From Gemmatimonadales bacterium (GTDB lineage Bacteria; Gemmatimonadota; Gemmatimonadetes; Gemmatimonadales; GWC2-71-9): DNA of 64,000 nucleotides. The translations under genes were made by a program, and so were the position numbers. How positions within the stretch are numbered: the first letter of the stretch is position 1; each line of letters opens with the position of its first letter. The notes beneath the pieces are model-generated. The model was not told the origin of the DNA. It saw only the letters and a program-made list of their open reading frames with translations, and searched no databases. The stretch is taken from the NCBI GenBank assembly GCA_035278885.1, contig DATEIR010000064.1, forward strand, positions 9,351-73,350, read 5' to 3'. Positions 1-8,833 of this stretch are shown here, piece by piece.

Positions 1-643
1 CCGAGACGTCCAGCATGGCGCCGCGGACGTACCGGGCGGTCCCGCCGATGCCGATCAGCGTCAGGGTGGCGAGGGGCAGCGCGAGGTGGCGGAGCCGGTC
101 GGCCAGGCGCGCGCCGCCGGTGAGGAAGTCCGCGTCGAAGCCCGCCGCGCCGAAGGCCGGCAGCATGCGGGCGCGATAGGTGAAGAGCATCACCAGCATC
201 AGCCCCAGCCAGTACCCCGGCAAGGCGAAGAGCGTGACGGTCACCACCGAGAGTGCCGTATCGAGGGGACCGCGGCGAGCCGCCTGCACCACGCCGACCG
301 CGATCCCGAGCAGGTAGCTGAGCACCAGCGAGAGGCCGACCAGCCGTACCGTGGCCGGCCAGGCCTCTCCCAGCATGCGCCGCACCGGGCGTCCGGTCGC
401 GATGCTGGTCCCCCAGTCGCCCCGGACGAAGCGCCCCAGCCATGCCGCGTACTGGACCGGAGCCGGGCGGTCGAGGCCGAGGACGTGACGCTGTGCCGCG
501 ACCTGAGACTCGGTCGCGGCCGGGCCGACCAGGAGACGGGCGGGGTCACCGGGCGCCAGACGCAGCAGGAAGAACATCAGGGTGAGCACGCCGAAGACGA
601 CGGCGGCGCCGGTGAGCGCCCGACGCAGCAGCAGGCGGGACAT
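1..643 (-). CDS. ABC transporter permease (DppB/OppB-like peptide/nickel family); 3' end outside window
   Basis: Open to the window edge, so absent from the ORF track. My reverse-strand translation from ATG (643-641) reads MSRLLLRRALTGAAVVFGVLTLMFFLLRLAPGDPARLLVGP...LPGYWLGLMLVMLF...DRLRHLALPLATLTLIGIGGTARYVRGAMLDVS without stops. This shows an N-terminal TM segment, PGDP, and the conserved loop of binding-protein-dependent permeases. Confidence 0.75.
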   Translation of the reverse strand, partial: MSRLLLRRALTGAAVVFGVLTLMFFLLRLAPGDPARLLVGPAATESQVAAQRHVLGLDRPAPVQYAAWLGRFVRGDWGTSIATGRPVRRMLGEAWPATVRLVGLSLVLSYLLGIAVGVVQAARRGPLDTALSVVTVTLFALPGYWLGLMLVMLFTYRARMLPAFGAAGFDADFLTGGARLADRLRHLALPLATLTLIGIGGTARYVRGAMLDVS

Positions 644-694
644 GCCGCAATCTCCTGCCTCCCGTCCGGGCCCGCCAGTGAGATACCTTCCGGC

Positions 695-2113
695 GTGCGT
701 CGCTCCGTCCTGCTCCTCGCCGCGGCTCTCTCGACGGCCTGCCAGCCCGCGGCGGATCGTCGAGGCGCGACGGTCCTGTTCGCCTCCGGGGCCGATCTCC
801 AGAGCATCAATCCGCTGCTGACCCAGCACCCGCTCGCCCGCCAGGTGCAGCGCTACGTGCTCCTCACCACGCTCGCCCGCTACGACTCCGCGCTCGTGGC
901 ACAGCCGTATCTGGCCCGGGTGTGGAGCTGGAGTGTCGACCGGCGGACGCTGCGATTCGTCCTGCACCCGGGCGTGCGCTGGCATGACGGCGTACCCACG
1001 ACCGCGCGCGATGCCGCGTGGACCCTGACGGCGGCGCGCGACCCGGCGACCGGGTACCCCCGCCTCGCCGATCTGGCCGACCTCCGTGACATCGACGCGC
1101 CGGACGACACCACCCTGGTGCTCGGCTTCGCCCATCCGCAGAGCCGCTTCCCCGACGTACTGACGGACCTCGCGCTGATGCCGGCGCACCTCCTCGATTC
1201 CATCCCGCACGCCGCGCTGCGTCGCGCCGCGTGGAACGAGCGTCCGGTGGGCAACGGCCCCTTCCGCTTCGTGGCCCACGAGCCCAACCGGCGCTGGGTC
1301 TTCGCCGCCGATTCTTCCTTCCCGGCGGCGCTCGGCGGGCCGCCTCGGCTGCAGCGCTTCATCGTCGTCGTGGTGGACGAGCCGACCACCAAGCTCGCGG
1401 CACTCACCTCCGGCGAGCTCGATTTCGCCGGCATTCAGCCCGCCCATGCCGAGTTCGTCCGCCGCGACCCCGCGCTCACGGTGCTGACCTACCCGCTGCT
1501 GTTCACCTACGGCATCGTCTTCAACACCCGGCGGCCGCCGTTCGACGCGCTGGATGCCCGGCGAGCCGCGAGCGCCGCCATCGACCGCCGGGAGATCGTG
1601 GACGGCTATCTGTACGGGTACGGCACGCCCGCGGACGGACCGGTACCGCCGGATGTGCCCGGCTATCTTCCGGAGCCCGCGCCCCCGCAGGCGACGCGCG
1701 CCGCTGCGCGTCAGGCGGTCGGGGTCGAGCTGCTCACCGTCGGCAGCGGCGAGGCGGCGCTGGAGCAGATGGTCCAGGCGCGGCTCCGCCCCGCCGGCTT
1801 TACGGTCGCGATCCGGCAGCTCGAGCTGGGAGCGTTCCTGAGCCGGGTCTACGGCGCCCACGATTTCGACGCCGCGGTGCTCGGCATCAGCGGCGATCCG
1901 GGTCTCGGCTATCTCGGCCCGCTCGCGCAGCTGGCCGGCATGACGGCGCCGGCGGCGCCGGATGCGGCGCAAAGGTTCTTCGCCGACTCCGTGCCGGTCG
2001 CGTTTCTCTATCACGCCCGGGGGTTGCAGGGGATGAATCGAAGAGTGCGTGGGGTGGTGATGGATCTCCGGGGTGAGCTCCCCACCGTGCACGACTGGTG
2101 GGTGGCGCCCTGA
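695..2113 (+). CDS. ABC transporter substrate-binding lipoprotein, family 5 (peptide/nickel/oligosaccharide type)
   Basis: In-frame GTG at 695 inside ORF 86..2113 gives VRRSVLLLAAALSTAC (lipobox). The body (RFVLHPGVRWHDG, GNGPFRFV, FNTRRPPFD) fits the SBP_bac_5 pattern. The part of the tracked ORF upstream of 695 overlaps the divergent permease. Confidence 0.8.
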   Translation: MRRSVLLLAAALSTACQPAADRRGATVLFASGADLQSINPLLTQHPLARQVQRYVLLTTLARYDSALVAQPYLARVWSWSVDRRTLRFVLHPGVRWHDGVPTTARDAAWTLTAARDPATGYPRLADLADLRDIDAPDDTTLVLGFAHPQSRFPDVLTDLALMPAHLLDSIPHAALRRAAWNERPVGNGPFRFVAHEPNRRWVFAADSSFPAALGGPPRLQRFIVVVVDEPTTKLAALTSGELDFAGIQPAHAEFVRRDPALTVLTYPLLFTYGIVFNTRRPPFDALDARRAASAAIDRREIVDGYLYGYGTPADGPVPPDVPGYLPEPAPPQATRAAARQAVGVELLTVGSGEAALEQMVQARLRPAGFTVAIRQLELGAFLSRVYGAHDFDAAVLGISGDPGLGYLGPLAQLAGMTAPAAPDAAQRFFADSVPVAFLYHARGLQGMNRRVRGVVMDLRGELPTVHDWWVAP

Positions 2114-3096
2114 CGGCGCGCGCGGCCGCGCCGGTGCGGCTCGATCTCGCCGGCGGCTGGACCGACGTCCCTCCATACTCCACCCGGGCCGGCGGCGCGG
2201 TGGTGAGCGCCGCGGTCGAGCTCTTCGCCTGCGCGGAGGTGACGCCCAGGGCGAAAGGCTACCGGCTGGTGGCGCAGGACCTGAATCGGGAGATCGAGCT
2301 GGCCGACGCCGCCGACCTCGCCGGGGGCGACATGCCGCTCCTGCGCGCGGGGCTGCGGATGTTGCCCCCCGGACCCTGCACCCTGGTCACCCGGGCCGAT
2401 GCGCCGCCCGGCAGCGGGCTCGGCAGCTCCGGGGCCATGGACGTGGCGCTGGTCGCCGCGCTGTCGGCGGCCCGGGGTGAATCACTCGAGGTCCGCGCCA
2501 TTGCCGATCTGGCCTGCCGGCTGGAGGGGGTGGAGGCCGGCATCCCCGGCGGCCGGCAGGACCAGTTCACCGCCGCCTATGGTGGGTTCCTGCGCATCGC
2601 CTTCCGCGACCCCGACGCGGTGGTCGAGCCGATCACGCTCCCCGCCGAGACCGCCGACGCCCTCGCTCGCCGCATGCTGCTCTGCTACACCGGCGCCTCC
2701 CGCTTCTCCGGGGCGACCATCGGCCGCGTCATGGCCGCCTACGAGCGAGGCGATCCGACCGTCGCCGGTGCCCTCGACGGCATCCGCGGCGTCGCCGAAG
2801 CGATGCCCTCCGCCTTGCTCGCCGGTGACCTCGCCCGCGTCGGCACCTTGCTGAGCGCCAACTGGCGGCTGCAGCAGGCGCTGGATCCCGGGATGTGCAC
2901 GCCCGAGATGGCCCGGCTCGAGCGGGCGATGGTGGAGGCCGGCTGTCTGGGGGGAAAGGCCGCGGGGTCGGGAGCCGGGGGCTCGATGTTCTTTCTGGGC
3001 CCGGATGATCCGGGCCCCGCGGTGGCCGCGGCGCGCGAGCTCGGGATGCGGCTGCTGCCGGTCCGCTGGGCCCGCGAGGGCGTGCGGGTATGCTGA
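2098..3096 (+). CDS. GHMP-family sugar/sugar-phosphate kinase
   Basis: APVRLDLAGGWTD N-terminus, PPGSGLGSSGA (GHMP motif II) and GGKAAGSGAGGSMFF near the C-terminus. The GTG start overlaps the upstream stop by 16 nt. Confidence 0.8.
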   Translation: MGGALTARAAAPVRLDLAGGWTDVPPYSTRAGGAVVSAAVELFACAEVTPRAKGYRLVAQDLNREIELADAADLAGGDMPLLRAGLRMLPPGPCTLVTRADAPPGSGLGSSGAMDVALVAALSAARGESLEVRAIADLACRLEGVEAGIPGGRQDQFTAAYGGFLRIAFRDPDAVVEPITLPAETADALARRMLLCYTGASRFSGATIGRVMAAYERGDPTVAGALDGIRGVAEAMPSALLAGDLARVGTLLSANWRLQQALDPGMCTPEMARLERAMVEAGCLGGKAAGSGAGGSMFFLGPDDPGPAVAAARELGMRLLPVRWAREGVRVC

Positions 3097-5822
3097 CCGC
3101 GGAGGGGCTGGAGATCCGGCGCGAGGAGATCCGCAAGGCGCCCGATCTCGCGGCGCTGCTGGCGCGGATCGCGGAACGGAACCAGCGGCTGCTGAGCCAG
3201 CCGCCCGAGATCCCCGTAGTCAAGGCGCTGCTGTCGGCGGACGGCGGCGTCTGCCCCGAGCACGGCACCGCGCTCGAGTTCGATCCCTGGAGCCCGCGCG
3301 ACCACCGATGCCGCCGCTGCGGCCGAGCGTACCGGGGCGAGCGCCACGACCGGGCGTGGGCCCGCTGGCAGCACCTGTGGCTCGCCGAGCGAGCTGCCGA
3401 GCTGGCGGCGCTTGCCGCCCTGGACGACCGCGACGACGCGGCGGCCGCCGCGTCCCGCATTCTTGCCGGGTATGCCTCCGCCTATCCCGACTATCCCAAC
3501 GCCGACAACGTCCTGGGGCCGGCCAGGCTCTTCTTCTCTACCTATCTCGAGAGCATCTGGCTGACCGGGTACCTCGCGGCCGCCCTGCTGCTGCGGGAAA
3601 GCGGCCGGCTCGATTCGGTCCTGGCCGACGCGGTGAGCGGCGTCGCGGACGAGGCCGCCAACCTCATCGGCGAGTTCGACGAAGGCTTCTCGAATCGGCA
3701 GACCTGGCACAACGCCGCCCTCGCCGCCGCCGCTGTCTGGTTCGAGGACGAGGAGCTCGCGACTCGGGTGGTGGAGGGCCCCACCGGGATCATCGCCCAC
3801 CTGCTCCGGGGCTTCGGGGACGACGGCATGTGGTTCGAGGGCGAGAACTACCACCTCTTCGCCCTGCGCGGTGAGCTGCTCGCGATCGGCTGGGCGCGGG
3901 AGGCGGGGGTCGATATCGCGGCGGATCCGAGCCTCGCCGGCCGCCTCGCCGCCGCGTTGCGCGCGCCGGCACTCACCGCGCTGCCGGACCGCACCTTCCC
4001 GGCGCGGAAGGACTCACGTTACGGCGTCTCCCTGGCTCAGCCGATGTACCTCGAGCTCTGGGAGGTCGGTCTGGCGCAGCTGGGCCAGACGGCCGCGGAC
4101 CTCTGGCCCTGGCTCGACGCGCTCTATCGGACGGCTGCACCCGAGGCCGGACAGTTCGACTCCTATCTCCACGAGACCGGACGCCCCCGGCCCGCGGACG
4201 CGCGCACCAGGGCCGATCTCTCCTGGTGGGCATTGCTGGCGATGGCGCCCGAGCGGCCCCAGGGCGAGCGACCCTGGTCTCCCGGCAACACGCTCATGGA
4301 GCGCCAGGGGCTCTCCATTCTCCGCCGGGGCGATCGGTACGCCTCGATCGAGTGCGGCGCCTACGGCGGCGGCCACGGCCACCCCGATCGGCTGCATCTC
4401 ACCCTGCACGCCGGCGGGCACCATTGGCTGCCCGACCCCGGCACCGGATCCTACGTCACGCGCGATCTCTTCTGGTACCGCTCCACGCTCGCGCACAACG
4501 CGCCGCGTCTGGACGGACGCTCGCAGCCTCCCGGCGACGCCGAATGCACGGCATTCGAGGAATCGGGCGAATGGGCCTGGACCCGGGGCAGCTACGGCCC
4601 GCTCACCCGCACGCTGGTCGCCGGTCCACGCTACCTGCTGGATCAGGTCGAGCTGGCCGCCCCCGACGAGCATCGGCTCGAGCTGCCCTGGCACCTCCAG
4701 GGAGGGATCGAAGTCCTGGGCGGCGGCCGCTGGGTCCCCGACCGCCTCGACGACGAGTTTGCGAGCGGAGTCGAGCGCTACGAGCCGGCGGCGCCGGGGC
4801 CGCTCCGGATTCGCGCCCGTGCGGCGGACGGGACGATTTTGATGCTGCATCTCGATCTGACCGGCGAGCTGCTCCGAGCTCAGGCCCCGGGGCTTCCCGG
4901 GTCCGCCGGGCCGACGCCGTTCTTCCTGGCTCGCACGGAGGGCCGCGCGGCGCGGGTCTCGGCCGTGCTCGAGCTGGTCCGATCCGCCGAGCCGGTGGTG
5001 CGCGGACTCCGGACCGAGGGCGAGCTGGTGGAGGTCGACACCGCCACTGGCCTGGAGCGTCATCTGAGGGTCGTCGAAGGGTGGGAGGTTAGCGCCGGCC
5101 AGTCCACGATCCGGCTCAAGGGCCTCCGCCGCGCTCCTCCGCCGAGGGACCCCCTCTTCGATCTCAACCGCCCGGCCTTGGCCCAGGGAGTGGCCTGGCA
5201 TGCGGCGGTGGCGCCGGCTCTCGACGGGTCGTCCGATGGCTTCGAGGAGGCCGAAGCGCTCGCGCTCGATTACGAGGATCAGTACCGGCGCAGCGAAGAG
5301 CCCTACCCGGGACCGGACGAGTTCTCCGCCGTGGCCGCGGCGCTCTGGGATACAGAGGCGCTCTACCTGGCGATCGACGTGGTGAAGCCGGAGGTCATCG
5401 TCCGGCCCGACGACGCGCCGCCGCTTCGCTTCGACAACGATCCGGACGACATCCACGCCGACGGGATACAGGTCTACGTCCGCACGGCGGACGACGGACC
5501 GCTCTACGGCTTTCTCGTCGCGCTGGGCGACGAGGGCCGCCTGCGCGTGCACGGCGCCGGGTCGGGGGCGGGGACTCCAGAGATGGTGATCGGGCAATGG
5601 CAGCCCACCGAGGCGGGGTATCGCATCACGCTGGCGCTGGCCCTGCCGGGCTGGGAGCCTCGCGGTGGCGACACCGTCCGGTTCGATCTGCTGGTGAACC
5701 GGATGGAGCCGGGCCGGGAGCGCCGCTCGGGACAGCTGGTGTGGTCCGGGGGCGGCGGCTGGGTCTACCTTCGGGGGGACCGTCAGGATCCGGCCGCGCT
5801 CGGCGTGGTGGAGCTGCGCTGA
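3090..5822 (+). CDS. Heparinase II/III-like family protein with C-terminal CBM9/DOMON-like domain, no signal peptide
   Basis: GGGHGHPDRLHLTL and YRSTLAHNAP motifs are typical of the heparinase II/III C-domain. The N-terminal alginate-lyase-like region contains CPEHG...HRCRRCG. The tail (ALYLAIDVV...DDIHADGIQVYV) is CBM9-like. ATG overlaps the upstream stop (ATGCTGA). Confidence 0.7.
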   Translation: MLTAEGLEIRREEIRKAPDLAALLARIAERNQRLLSQPPEIPVVKALLSADGGVCPEHGTALEFDPWSPRDHRCRRCGRAYRGERHDRAWARWQHLWLAERAAELAALAALDDRDDAAAAASRILAGYASAYPDYPNADNVLGPARLFFSTYLESIWLTGYLAAALLLRESGRLDSVLADAVSGVADEAANLIGEFDEGFSNRQTWHNAALAAAAVWFEDEELATRVVEGPTGIIAHLLRGFGDDGMWFEGENYHLFALRGELLAIGWAREAGVDIAADPSLAGRLAAALRAPALTALPDRTFPARKDSRYGVSLAQPMYLELWEVGLAQLGQTAADLWPWLDALYRTAAPEAGQFDSYLHETGRPRPADARTRADLSWWALLAMAPERPQGERPWSPGNTLMERQGLSILRRGDRYASIECGAYGGGHGHPDRLHLTLHAGGHHWLPDPGTGSYVTRDLFWYRSTLAHNAPRLDGRSQPPGDAECTAFEESGEWAWTRGSYGPLTRTLVAGPRYLLDQVELAAPDEHRLELPWHLQGGIEVLGGGRWVPDRLDDEFASGVERYEPAAPGPLRIRARAADGTILMLHLDLTGELLRAQAPGLPGSAGPTPFFLARTEGRAARVSAVLELVRSAEPVVRGLRTEGELVEVDTATGLERHLRVVEGWEVSAGQSTIRLKGLRRAPPPRDPLFDLNRPALAQGVAWHAAVAPALDGSSDGFEEAEALALDYEDQYRRSEEPYPGPDEFSAVAAALWDTEALYLAIDVVKPEVIVRPDDAPPLRFDNDPDDIHADGIQVYVRTADDGPLYGFLVALGDEGRLRVHGAGSGAGTPEMVIGQWQPTEAGYRITLALALPGWEPRGGDTVRFDLLVNRMEPGRERRSGQLVWSGGGGWVYLRGDRQDPAALGVVELR

Positions 5823-6985
5823 TGGATCGAGTCGCCGGCTTCACCTCGACCGGCAGCAAGCGTCGCGAGGCGCTCTTTGGGGAAGAGCCCGGCGATGCTC
5901 CCGGACGCATGTCCCGCTCGGCCGGGTGCCGGGTCTGGGACGACCGGGGCAGGGAATACCTCGACTACATCATGGCTCTGGGCGCGGTCGGCCTGGGTTA
6001 TGGTCATCCCGCGGTCGCGGCCGCGGCGCATGCGGCCGTGGATGCGGGAGTGGTCGGGCCGCTGGCCCCCGAGCTGGAGGAAGCGGTCGCCGCCGAGCTT
6101 TGCCGGCTGATCCCCTGGGTCGAGCAGGTTCGCTTCGTGAAGAGTGGCGCGGAGGCCGTGGCCGCCGCGGTGCGGCTGGCCCGGGTGGCAACCGGGCGCT
6201 CCGACGTCCTGGGCTGCGGCTACCACGGTTGGCTGGACTGGTGCCAGACCGGTGCCGGCCGAGGGACGCCGGATCCGGTGAGGGCACTCTATGCGGAACT
6301 GCCGTTCAACGATCCGGAGCAGACCCGCAGCCTGATTCGCTCGCGCGGCGACCGGCTGGCCGCGGTGGTCATCGAGCCGTTCATTCTGGTGCCTCCCAGT
6401 TCGGAGTGGACAGCCGTGGTGCAGGAGGAGACCCGCCGGGTCGGAGCCGTGCTGATCGTGGACGAGATCAAGACGGTATGCCGGCTCGCCATCGGCGGCG
6501 GCTGCGAGCGGTTCGGCATCAGGCCCGACCTCGTGGTCCTCGGCAAGGCGATCGCCAACGGGTTTCCCCTGGCGGCTGTGGGCGGCCGCGCCGAGCTGAT
6601 GGACGGGGTGCGGAGGACCTGGATCTCCTCTACCCTGGCGAGCGAGATGGTGTCGCTGGCCGCCGCCCGCGCGACCCTCGAGGTGATGGTGACGGCGGAT
6701 GTTCCGGCCCATCTCGACCGGGTCGGCGACCGGCTCCTGGCGGGCTTGCGGAGCCTGGCGGCGCGATACCCAGCCGTCGTGGCGGCCGTCCGAGGGATCG
6801 GGCCGATGTGCTTCCTCGAGTGCCGCAGCGAGCCGCTCAGCGGCAGGTTGGCCGTGGGGGCGGCCCGGCGGGGGCTGCTGTTCAAGCGCAGCGCCTACAA
6901 CTTCGTTTCGCTGGCTCACGACGACACCATCGTGGACCGGACCCTGGGCCTGCTCGACGATGTGCTTCAGGTCCTGGCGCCGTAG
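5822..6985 (+). CDS. Class-III PLP aminotransferase (glutamate-1-semialdehyde aminomutase-like)
   Basis: In-frame ATG at 5822 shares one base with the upstream TGA. Motifs GLGYGHP, VKSGAEA, IVDEIKT and LGKAIANGFPLAAVGG (PLP-lysine context) are present. Confidence 0.8.
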   Translation: MDRVAGFTSTGSKRREALFGEEPGDAPGRMSRSAGCRVWDDRGREYLDYIMALGAVGLGYGHPAVAAAAHAAVDAGVVGPLAPELEEAVAAELCRLIPWVEQVRFVKSGAEAVAAAVRLARVATGRSDVLGCGYHGWLDWCQTGAGRGTPDPVRALYAELPFNDPEQTRSLIRSRGDRLAAVVIEPFILVPPSSEWTAVVQEETRRVGAVLIVDEIKTVCRLAIGGGCERFGIRPDLVVLGKAIANGFPLAAVGGRAELMDGVRRTWISSTLASEMVSLAAARATLEVMVTADVPAHLDRVGDRLLAGLRSLAARYPAVVAAVRGIGPMCFLECRSEPLSGRLAVGAARRGLLFKRSAYNFVSLAHDDTIVDRTLGLLDDVLQVLAP

Positions 6986-7057
6986 GCTCCGCCCACCCTT
7001 ACATTTCGCGTGACGGTGGCGCGGCCCGCGCCGCCGCTGGAGACGCAAGGAGAGTCT

Positions 7058-7252
7058 ATGTCACCCAGAAAACCCACGATAGACGGTCTCGACGACATCG
7101 ACGATGAAGACGGCGTGGCCGAAGAAGAGGCCGCCGAGGAGTCGGATCTCACGCTGCACGAGGAGGATGCCGACGAGGTCGGCTTGGGTCACCGGCCGCC
7201 CGAGGCCGGCGACCCGTACGTGACCGACCACGACGAGGAGGACGAGGCGTAG
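7058..7252 (+). CDS. Hypothetical small, highly acidic protein (64 aa)
   Basis: AAGGAGAG lies 5 nt before the ATG at 7058. The stop is 4 nt before the next gene's GTG. The product MSPRKPTIDGLDDIDDEDGVAEEEAAEESDLTLHEEDADE... is D/E-rich and predicted disordered. No family recognised. Confidence 0.4.
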   Translation: MSPRKPTIDGLDDIDDEDGVAEEEAAEESDLTLHEEDADEVGLGHRPPEAGDPYVTDHDEEDEA

Positions 7253-7256
7253 CTCA

Positions 7257-8057
7257 GTGCTGATCGACGTTCACGCCCACTTCCTGCATGACCGTACCGC
7301 ACGCGCCGACTGGCGGGAACGCAACGCCAGCCGGCTGCGCGCGGGCGACCGCATCGGCATCACCACGCACGTGGCGTCCATCCTGGGAAGCTGGGGGCAT
7401 ACCTCGCCGACCTACTTCCCGTCGGTCACCGATCTCGGCTACGGCAACGATGTCATGCTCCGCCTCCGGCGTGAGCATCCGGACCGGATCCGGGGATACG
7501 TCGCCGTCAATCCCAACTACGCCGACCACGCGCTGGCCGAGATCGACCGCTGCCTCGGCGCCGGCATGATCGGCATCAAGCTCGCGGCCAGCCGCCGCGC
7601 CGACGATCCGCTGCTCGATCCCATCTGCCGCCGCGCCGCCTCGGCCGGCGTGCCGGTGCTGCACCACGTCTGGCAGCACCGGCGCCGGGATTATCCGGGG
7701 CAGGAGGCGTCGGATGCCGTGGAGCTGGCGCGCCTCGCGGCGCGGCACCCGTCGGTCGTGTTCCTGCTGGCCCACATCGGCGGGGGCGGCGACTGGCTGC
7801 ATTCGCTGCCAGCCGTGCGCGACCTCGGCAACGTGATGGTCGACCTCTCCGGCAGCGGGGTGGACGGCGGCATGCTGGAGGCCTGCCTGGAAAGCGTCGG
7901 CGTCGAGCGGCTGCTCTGGGGCGCCGACCTCACCCTCGAGACCGGCTGGGCCAAGCTGCGCTATCTGGAGCATCTCCTCTCCGCCGAGGAGCAGGAGCTG
8001 GTCCGCTGGCGCAACGCGGCGCGAATCTTCCCTGCCGGCGCCTTCCCCGCCGACTGA
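7257..8057 (+). CDS. Amidohydrolase-2 family metal-dependent hydrolase
   Basis: LIDVHAHFL (HxH motif), LLAHIGGG and LLWGADL are typical of TIM-barrel amidohydrolase_2 proteins. Confidence 0.75.
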   Translation: MLIDVHAHFLHDRTARADWRERNASRLRAGDRIGITTHVASILGSWGHTSPTYFPSVTDLGYGNDVMLRLRREHPDRIRGYVAVNPNYADHALAEIDRCLGAGMIGIKLAASRRADDPLLDPICRRAASAGVPVLHHVWQHRRRDYPGQEASDAVELARLAARHPSVVFLLAHIGGGGDWLHSLPAVRDLGNVMVDLSGSGVDGGMLEACLESVGVERLLWGADLTLETGWAKLRYLEHLLSAEEQELVRWRNAARIFPAGAFPAD

Positions 8058-8833
8058 TGCGAATCGACGTCAACGCCTTTCTCGGGGCCTATCCCTGGCG
8101 GCGGGTGCCGGGCACCTCCCCGTCCGCGGTGCTGGCCGCGATGGATCGCGTCGGGATCGACCAGGCGTGGGTCACCCACCTGCCCGGGCTCTTCTGGCGC
8201 GATCCAACCGAAGGCAACGGCTGGCTGCTCGAGGCTGCCTCGCGGGAGCCGCGCTTCCGGCCCGTCCCGGCGGTGCATCCCGAGCTGGTCGGATGGGAAG
8301 CCGTGCTGTCGGCCGCGCGCGGCGCCGGCGCCCCCGCGGTGCGCTGCGACCCTACCTTCCTCGGCATCTCGCCGCTCGGACCGGGTATGCGCGCGCTGGC
8401 CGGCGCATGCGCCGCGGCCGGACTGCCGCTCATGCTCGCCGTTCGCCTGGAGGACGGCCGCCAGCGCCATCCCAACGACGGCGCCGCCGAGCTGCCGGCG
8501 GCGGCCATCCGCGCGCTGATCCGCAGCCACTCCGACCTGCGCCTCATCATAACGCACGCGGATCGGCCCTACATCGAGGAAGTCCACTTCGGATCGACCC
8601 CCTCGGAGGCCTCGCGGATCTGGTGGGACATCTGCTGGATCTGGGGGCCGCCGGAGGATCACCTCGAGACGCTGTTCGCGACGGTGGGCACCGCGCGCTT
8701 CCTGTTCGGCACCGGGCAGCCGCTCCGAATTCCGGAGAACGCCGTGGCGAAGCTCGATCTGCTCGATCTCCCGCCCGACGTGCGGAGCGCCATCGAGGGC
8801 GGCAACGCCGCGGCGGCGGAGGGCCGGTCCTGA
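8057..8833 (+). CDS. Amidohydrolase-like TIM-barrel protein, divergent (HxH replaced by DVNAF)
   Basis: ATG shares a base with the upstream TGA. The layout parallels the preceding gene (MRIDVNAFLG..., LIITHADRP, FLFGTGQP), but the first metal-binding His pair is absent. Confidence 0.55.
   Translation: MRIDVNAFLGAYPWRRVPGTSPSAVLAAMDRVGIDQAWVTHLPGLFWRDPTEGNGWLLEAASREPRFRPVPAVHPELVGWEAVLSAARGAGAPAVRCDPTFLGISPLGPGMRALAGACAAAGLPLMLAVRLEDGRQRHPNDGAAELPAAAIRALIRSHSDLRLIITHADRPYIEEVHFGSTPSEASRIWWDICWIWGPPEDHLETLFATVGTARFLFGTGQPLRIPENAVAKLDLLDLPPDVRSAIEGGNAAAAEGRS

Noticed and set aside
86-694. N-terminal 200 codons of tracked ORF 86..2113
   Set aside because: This part overlaps the divergent permease gene on the other strand. 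It is Arg/Gly/His-rich with no domain signal. A lipoprotein signal begins at the in-frame GTG at 695.
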